64,000 nucleotides of DNA, from assembly GCA_964016885.1 (NCBI GenBank), contig OZ024740.1, forward strand, positions 276,086,001-276,150,000, in the 5' to 3' direction. The notes below the pieces were generated by a model, which saw only the letters and a list, made by a program, of their open reading frames with translations, did not search any database and had not been told where the DNA came from. Position numbers and translations under genes: made by a program. The DNA comes from Eledone cirrhosa. Its lineage: Eukaryota. Below are positions 55,431 to 64,000 of the stretch, in pieces; the first letter of the stretch is position 1; the number at the start of each line of letters is the position of its first letter.

Positions 55431-58002
55431 TTATTTGCTATTTTGTGTCTTTCCTTTGTTCTGTCTTACACCATCTTGTTTTTTTATGTCACAATGGAGC
55501 TATGTTGTTTATGTGTCAATAAAGAGGTTCAAAATTATACCTTGTAGCCGGCTGCAAGGGGGATAACCATTTTCATTCTCCTAAAGTGTTTACAATATAT
55601 ACTTGAATATAAGCCAAGGAGTATGTAACTAAAAGTCGATGGCAGAAGGGGGTGGTGGCATATATTTGGGGTTCAATATTTTGACAATCTTCACCAACTT
55701 CAAATTCTACATATTTGGATTTTGCCCATTTCTCAGACATAAACTAGTGGGGTCAGCTTATATTCGATAGGTCCATTTGAACGGACATTGCTAAACTTAT
55801 TTGGTTTTGGTGATTATATATTTTTTCCAAATATTATGGAACCCATACTAATATGTTACAAACAGTCCCCACCATCCTAATTTTCATAAGACATTACTAG
55901 AAACAAGAATAGTTTTAGACAGAGAATTTATTCATATAAAAATATAATTAATAAATGTTCACTTAATCTTATTAAAACTCTTTATCTCACAGAACTCCAG
56001 AATTTTTTAATGCAACCAGAAAGTCTGGTCTATAAATGTACACCCCAACATTAATATATATGTATACACACATACTTAACATGCATAACACATAAATACA
56101 CACATATGAAAATATTTATTTTATTTTATTTTTGTTTGGTACAAACATATATATATATATAGTTATGCCATATGCATAAATATAAATGTATACAATATAA
56201 AGACAAATACCAACTATTCACACACATTTGTAGCATACACACACGTGCGCACACACACACACAAACATACATATGCATGCACTCACTGACACAAAACACA
56301 CACACACATAATAGAAAGCATTTTATTATTCAGTGAAAAACATACAGACGCAGATGATACTTGCAGCTAAATGAAACATGAAATAAACCAACACACACAT
56401 ATACACATATATATAAATTATTCCCAAAACACACATATACATAGCTATATTACTGTACACACACACAAACACCTTCAGATTCCAACTTTGAAATCAATAG
56501 CTGAGAATACTTGATTTCATTGCAATATCAACTACCTGCAAATGACACAGCACTACTTGATTGAGCACCTGTAATTGGTGGTATGCAGTTTCTTAGTTTA
56601 GGGCCTTAAATGCTGGTTCTACTTGAGCATTGCTCTTTACAATTTTACGCTTATGGTGAACAGCTAAAAAAATGTGTTATGGGTTGACTTTAGAAATGTC
56701 CTATTTTTTTTTTGTATGAGTGTGTGTATACTTGTATATGTGTGAAAATGCATGTGTTGGTGTGTATGACATCATATACATTTATACATACACACACATA
56801 TATATATAAATATATTTGCAAGTATGTATACATTCATTTTTACTGTGTATCTGAAAAAAAAAAAAAGCATTGTTTTGCTTTTTTTCTCTCCCCAATTTCA
56901 TGCATATATGCATGTATGTTCACATGTATCTATGAATGCATGGATGCATATATGCATGCATATTTATATGTATACATACATTTTTTTTAAATGACTTCCT
57001 TTCCATTCTTTTTTCGAGTAGAATGAGATTTCAATCTACAATAAAAAAAATAAAAAAATTCATCAAAATAAAAAGGAGAAAAACATCTTCAAAACACAAA
57101 CAAACAAATAGATAAAACAAAACAAAGGATTTTTGGTATGGCTTGCTTTCCCCTTTTTTATTTTTTGTTATTTTGCCATCCTGTTGGTTGTTTCTTTGAA
57201 CTAGAAGGCATCAGGTGACAATAATGTTTAGTTGGTGCTTCAGTTCTATTGGCAGCTATGGAAAGGGCACAAAGTGGAATGTTTTTTTTTTGTTTGGCAG
57301 TGTGGGGGGATGGGGGGAGAAAAATTAGTGAATAAATAAATGAATGAATGAATAAATAAATAAATGGTGATGGTGGGGATGGTGATGGTGATGATGTCAA
57401 TGTCCAATGTCAAATATAGTGAGCAGCTGAAAATAATCTGGAATTGTAATTGATTTTGATTGCCTTCTCTTCTCTCTTGAAAACATTTTAGAATTCCTTT
57501 CGGTTTTTTTTTATTCTGGCTTTCTTTCTCAATTCTATTACATATATATATAGCATACAAATATATATACCATATATATATAATTTATATGTAATATACA
57601 TACATATATATGTGTTATATATATATATATCAACATCATTGTTTAATATATATATATATATATATATTACATATAAATATATAAATATATATATATATAT
57701 ATTACATATAAATATATATATATATATATCATAAAACATATCTATAGAATCACAAGATAAAATATATACTATTTCCTCTCCCAATTAGCATAATTAACTA
57801 TATAAAAAATCGAATAGACCAGGCTAGAAGAATGAGGCTTCTATGAAGAAATCTCCGACAAATAACCGAAACTTGCGCTTCGCGTAGGCCGTAGCGGAAT
57901 ATTTATCGAATATTTCGACAGCGTAATCGCCCAGATATAGTCAACTAAACAGAATTAGGTGTAAAATAAACTAGGATATATATATATATATAAATATATT
58001 AC

Positions 58003-58040
<38 letters not shown>

Positions 58041-58083
58041 GATATATTAACAAATGGAAACTATATTTATAAAACCATATTTA

Positions 58084-58144
58084 TTTCATTATACATATTT
58101 CAAGGATACCAAGTCAAATTATGGTCCGCTTTCATCAGATAAAA
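58084..58144 (-). ncRNA. Type I hammerhead ribozyme, family F (diverged copy)
   Basis: Minus: ttttat-ctgatga-aagcggaccataatttgacttggtatcctt-gaaa-tatgta-ta-atgaaa; flanks homologous to 54150-54270. Confidence 0.78.
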
Positions 58145-58298
58145 TATAATATAGATCAGTTTTATAAATAAATATTGACATACCCTTAAAGAATGCGACC
58201 ATTTCTGTTGGAAGCTCCCAGATGCTTTATATCAGTTATAAAAATATTTGCTTCTTGTATCCCAACAATTTAAATATAACTTCTACATATATATATAT

Positions 58299-58486
58299 AG
58301 GAACATGTAGGACACCGACGGCTGAGCTCAAGCCGTTTCGACAGATAATTCTGGACTTAGCCGTCGAAACGGCTTGAGCTCAGCCGTCGGGGTCCTACTC
58401 GTTCCTATTACCCACTCTACTACCCTAAGTATTGAGTACTTTGGTGCGTTATGGTCCACCTGGTTCCTTACCACATTTCCTTCGTT
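58299..58486 (+). mobile_element. Family D fold-back element
   Basis: gtaggacaccgacggctgagctcaagccgtttcgac .. gtcgaaacggcttgagctcagccgtcggggtcctac plus conserved tail. Confidence 0.82.
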
Positions 58487-58601
58487 ATATATATATATAT
58501 ATATATATATATTACATATAAATATATATATATATATATTACATATAAATATATATATATATATATTACATATAAATATATATATATATTACATATAAAT
58601 A

Positions 58602-58923
58602 TCATTCATTCATTTCATCATCATTTCATTTTACGTCCGCTTTTTTTCCCTGCTTGCAAGGGTGGGACGGGAACTGATTCTGGCTTGATTTCTACAGCTG
58701 GATGCCTTCCTAACACCAACTTCATTTACAGTGAGTGCTGGATGCTTTTTTGCCGTGGCACCTACATGTCCACTTTACAGTGGAAGGATATGGACCCCAG
58801 TCCCTATCATCTCATTTCTACAGCTGAGTAAACTGGAGCAATGTGAAATAAAGTGTCTTGCTCAAGGAAACAACACATCGCCCGGTCTGAGAATTGAACT
58901 CACAACCACTAAGCCATGTGCCT

Positions 58924-58926
<3 letters not shown>
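58602..58926 (-). mobile_element. S2 SINE (small deletion in the tRNA head)
   Basis: Reverse complement of S2. Confidence 0.85.
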
Positions 58927-59010
<84 letters not shown>

Positions 59011-59502
59011 ATATATATATATTTATATGTAATATATATATATATATATATATAAAACAATTGTTCTTGATATGGTGAACTAACTGTTGTGTTACCACTT
59101 CTATATACATCATCATCATCATATCCTCATCGTTTAACGTCCGTGTTCCACGCTTGCATGGGTTTGGACGGGGGTTTTCCCACTTGAGGCAAGAGTGATT
59201 GTCTTGCTCGCATAGGACTGTCTGGCGGGTTTTCTACAGCTAGATGCCCTTCCTAACACCAACCACATTTACAGTGTGGGGCTGGGAGGTTTTTACCGTG
59301 TTGCCTACACGGCCACATTACAGTGTGGACTGTCTGGCGGGTTTTCTACAACTGGATGCCCTTCCTAATATTTATATGTAATATATATATATATATATAT
59401 TTATATGTAATATGTATATATATTTATATGTAATATATATATATATATATATATAAAACAATTGTTCTCGATATGGTGAACTAACTGTTGTGTTACCACT
59501 TC

Positions 59503-59537
<35 letters not shown>

Positions 59538-59744
59538 TCTTTTTAGAATGGTTGGAGAAATTATTTATTTGGTGACCTGCTATATAAATTATGGATCTTT
59601 AAATGAGGATGCAGGAAAAAAAAACGTTGTCACCACCCCACCAAAATCCATATCCCTAACCAACCACCACAGTGATGATGATCACTATCTTTAGCGTTAA
59701 TATGTTCATTTGTTAACCATCTGTTGTAGTATTAATTTTTTATT

Positions 59745-59779
<35 letters not shown>

Positions 59780-60257
59780 TTTTCATAGGTCAGGAGAACT
59801 TTTGTAAAGCTAGTAGACATGACTGTCTAATTAAAATGTTTGCTTCACAATCATATGATTCAAGCTCAAATTTTGATCCCATTCTGAAAATTTTGATTAA
59901 TCTCTATGATGATACTAAACCACCCAAGATTGCCTCTGATTCTATTATATAAAACCTCTTGTTTCAAAATGTTTATATTCAAATTAATATCTTCCATTGT
60001 AATTTTTTGTTAATATATGTTCCAAAAACCATGTTAATAATGAAAAATTCTTGATTATTTTCAAAGTTAATTAAAACACATGGTAATATATTTCATGAAA
60101 AGTGAGTGGATGAAAACTGTATGAAAACCCTTCAGATTGTGATTGCACCTTTTCTTGGTTGATAGATAGACATAATTTGGTATCTATAGTAGAATCCATT
60201 CTGTTGCAAGCAATTGGACAAGGTTTTGAGCCTCAAGATAGATGCAAATGGGCCTGG

Positions 60258-60532
60258 CAGCGACGTGCAGTGCTCTGGTGGTGCTTCGGGCAAATCTTGA
60301 TTGTATGCCCCAAAGACTTAATATATATAAGGCCTAATATACTGAGAGAAATATTATGAGAAAGGAAAATATTTTGAATATATAAAGAGATGAAACATGA
60401 AATAAAAGCTCAATTCGATTTTAATATAAATCAATAAAATTTATTAAGTTCTTTTCCCCAAATGATACCCTCATTCAAAGGATGGCCGGGGCCAGTGCAG
60501 CGTCGCCCCCCGCCCCCCTCTACACGCTACTG
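60258..60532. mobile_element. hAT-type MITE (degenerate)
   Basis: TIR cagcgacgtg / cacgctactg; gggcctgg repeated on both flanks. Confidence 0.55.
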
Positions 60533-60827
60533 GGGGCCTGGACAGTGGCTATTCACAACCTTTACTGATCCTAAGGGGATTTTACTTAATTTTCTAAAGC
60601 TAATATTTAGAGCAATTTCTACATTTGGATTCTAAAATTTAAAATATAAATTTACTGATCATTAGTAAAGTACTTAATGAGCAGTTTGAAAAAGAATTAG
60701 GTACTAGGGTTAATATGATCGACTAAATACTTTCAAGATGGTGTCCCAGCATGGCCACATTTTAATAATTGAACCAACTAAAAGAATACATTTATATATA
60801 TGTATATATTCATATTATTATAGAAAC

Positions 60828-60879
60828 AACTTCTATGGGACTAGAAATGTTTCATTTGTAAAAAATCATCAGTAAAGTC

Positions 60880-60880
<1 letters not shown>
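60828..60880 (-). ncRNA. Decayed family C hammerhead
   Basis: Minus: gacttta-ctgatga-ttttttacaaat-gaaa-catttctagtccca-ta-gaagtt; core intact, stem III broken. Confidence 0.5.
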
Positions 60881-60947
<67 letters not shown>

Positions 60948-60990
60948 CATACATACACACACATATACATAAACATATATATATGTATAT

Positions 60991-61021
<31 letters not shown>

Positions 61022-61419
61022 GATATATATGTATGTTTATATATGTGTGTGTGTGTATGCAAATCTGATATATATTTATCCTTATCGAGCCCTCTTTGGA
61101 TTTTAGTCTTCAAATTTATTATTATTACTATATATATATATATTTATATATATATATATATATATAACATTTATACATATACATTTATACATATAAAAAT
61201 ATACATATAAATATATATATATATGTATCCATATAAATATATATATATATGTATACATAAATATATATATATATATGAATAAATATATATATGTATGTAT
61301 AAATATATGTATGTATACATATAAAAATATATATATATGTATAAATATATATATGTATACATATAAATATATATATATAAATATATATATTTATAAATAT
61401 ATATATATATATGTATAAA

Positions 61420-61762
61420 TCATTCATTCATTCATTTCATTTTACGTCCGCTTTTCCCTGCTTGCAAGGGTGGGACGGGAACTGATTCTGGCTTGATTTC
61501 TACAGCTGGATGCCCTTCCTAACACCAACCTCATTTACAGTGAGTGCTGGGTGCTTTTTTGCCGTGGCACCTCCACGACCACTTTGTAGTGGAATGATAT
61601 GGACCTCAGTCCCTATCATCTCATTTCTACAGCTGAGTAAACTGGAGCAATGTGAAATAAAGTGTCTTGCTCAAGGAAACAACACATCATCCCGTCTGAG
61701 AATTGAACTCACAACCTTTCGATTGCAAGGCCAATGCTCTAACCACTGAGCCATGTGCCTCC
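61420..61762 (-). mobile_element. S2 SINE, full length
   Basis: Reverse complement of S2 from ggaggcacatggctcagtggttagag to the (tgaa)n tail. Confidence 0.9.
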
Positions 61763-61805
61763 ATATATATATATATGTATAAATATATATATATATATAT
61801 ATATG

Positions 61806-62063
61806 TTGATTTAAAACTGCACTATCCACAAGTGTTTTTTAACCTTCATATCATTCATGTCTTCCTGATTTTATCTAATGAAAACACAAATATTATTGCA
61901 TGATGATATTTGTTTTTGAAATGCGTATAATAAAATACATGGAACTCTTTTAACCATCTTTTGTTCTTATATATTATGTATACTCCAGTCCTACAAACTG
62001 TAGAGTGCTTCTTATCCGATATCTGCATTGCTTTATTGTACTATAATAAAACTCACCTCCTAC
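61806..62063 (+). mobile_element. Family A element, longest copy, HHR (61869-61935) with core mutation G5A
   Basis: ttttat-ctaatga-..-gaaa-tgcgta-ta-ataaaa; 3' end ctcacctcctac-(TA)n matches the 7666 end. Confidence 0.85.
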
Positions 62064-62088
62064 ATATATGTATAAATATATATATATG

Positions 62089-62125
<37 letters not shown>

Positions 62126-62219
62126 AAATATATATATATATGTATATATATAAATATATATATATGTAAATATATATATAAATATATATATATATATAAA
62201 GATATATATATATATAAAT

Positions 62220-62306
<87 letters not shown>

Positions 62307-62313
62307 AATATGT

Positions 62314-62344
<31 letters not shown>

Positions 62345-62346
62345 AT

Positions 62347-62431
<85 letters not shown>

Positions 62432-62438
62432 TATATAA

Positions 62439-62475
<37 letters not shown>

Positions 62476-62590
62476 TATATAAATATATATATATAAATAT
62501 ATATATATAAATATATATATAAATATATAAATATATATATATATATAAATATATATATATATAAACATATATATAAATATATATATATAT

Positions 62591-62722
62591 ATATTGTTAT
62601 ACTTTGGGAGGGTCATGTTGCCAATAACTTATTGGCAACATGACCCTCCCAAAGTATAACAATATCGGTTTCAACACACGATTTCAGATAAAGAATCTTG
62701 CTAAACAAATTCAGAAACGAAA
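62591..62722 (+). mobile_element. Family G 3' fragment with perfect 5' inverted duplication
   Basis: 75-bp palindrome 62591-62665 (37-bp arms, centre 62628) within (TA)n. Confidence 0.75.
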
Positions 62723-62945
62723 TATATATATATAAATATATATATATATAAATATATATATAAATATATATATATATATAAATATATATATAAATATATA
62801 TATATATATAAATATATATATATATAAATATATATATATAAATGTATATATATAAATATATATATATATATAAATATATATATATAAATATATATATAAA
62901 ATATATATATATAAATATATATATATATAAATATATATATATATA

Positions 62946-62995
<50 letters not shown>

Positions 62996-63052
62996 AATAT
63001 GTATATAAATATATATATATAAATATATATATAAATATATATATATATAAAT

Positions 63053-63101
<49 letters not shown>

Positions 63102-63217
63102 AATATATATATAAATATATATATAAATATATATATATATAAATATATATATATATAAATATATATATATATAAATATATATATATATAAATATATATAT
63201 AAATATATATATAAAAT

Positions 63218-63256
<39 letters not shown>

Positions 63257-63583
63257 AATATATATATAAATATATATATATATAAATATATATAAATATA
63301 TATATATATAAATATATATAAATATATAAATATATATATAAATATATATATAAATATATAAATATATATATAAATATATATATAAATATATATATAAATA
63401 TATATATAAATATATATAAATATATAAATATATATATAAATATATATATGGCCTCAGCCGGATGGCTGAAACAGGTAAAAGAGTAATATAAATATATATA
63501 TAAATATATAAATATATATAAATATATATATAAATATATAAATATATAAATATATATATAAATATATATAAATATATATATAA

Positions 63584-63614
<31 letters not shown>

Positions 63615-63672
63615 AATATAAATATATATATAAATATATAAACATAAATATAAATATATATATAAATATATA

Positions 63673-63726
<54 letters not shown>

Positions 63727-63735
63727 AATATATAT
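62723..63735. repeat. (TA)n/(TATAAA)n low-complexity tract containing a short SINE tail fragment at ~63450-63486
   Basis: Direct inspection; atggcctcag..ggctgaaacaggtaaaagagta resembles the SINE tail at 60770-60789. Confidence 0.85.
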
Positions 63736-64000
63736 GTAGATAAATCTACTAAAATATACAGTAGGGTCCAATCCGTATGAAGAAATCAATGTAATCAAAA
63801 TATCATGAAAAGAGAAGATGTATTCAAAATTTTTTCGATGAAAAACACAGGAAAACAAAGTCAAGATAAATTAATAAAAATAAGGAATAAAAACAAAGAA
63901 ACTGTTCCTTATATTAAAAAATTCATCATTTTACGATCGTTTCTAGGATACATATGTGTCTGTTGGTATGTATATCATATAGATCTATGAAAAAGTTTTA

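Overview
AT-rich, microsatellite-saturated, repeat-dominated eukaryotic DNA. The SINE types and (TA)n/(CA)n/(ACC)n density suggest a cephalopod such as Octopus; this is an inference only. I can support no intact host gene, and almost all listed ORFs are microsatellite read-throughs. Recognisable elements are an internally deleted mariner, 3' fragments of L1/Tx1-type and RTE-type LINEs, two tRNA-derived SINE groups, hAT/piggyBac/Tc1-mariner MITEs and several minisatellites. The main signal is non-coding. About ten type I hammerhead ribozyme (HHR) folds (stem I-CUGANGA-stem II-GAAA-stem III-UH-stem I') were found by eye, plus degenerate and half copies. They belong to at least six unrelated short families, mostly in or beside (TA)n tracts. 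Most have a minimal palindromic stem III and a downstream AATAAA, and several are joined to exact inverted duplications. This matches Penelope-like element pseudo-LTRs or non-autonomous retrozyme-like elements. All folds were assigned manually and need computational and biochemical confirmation.
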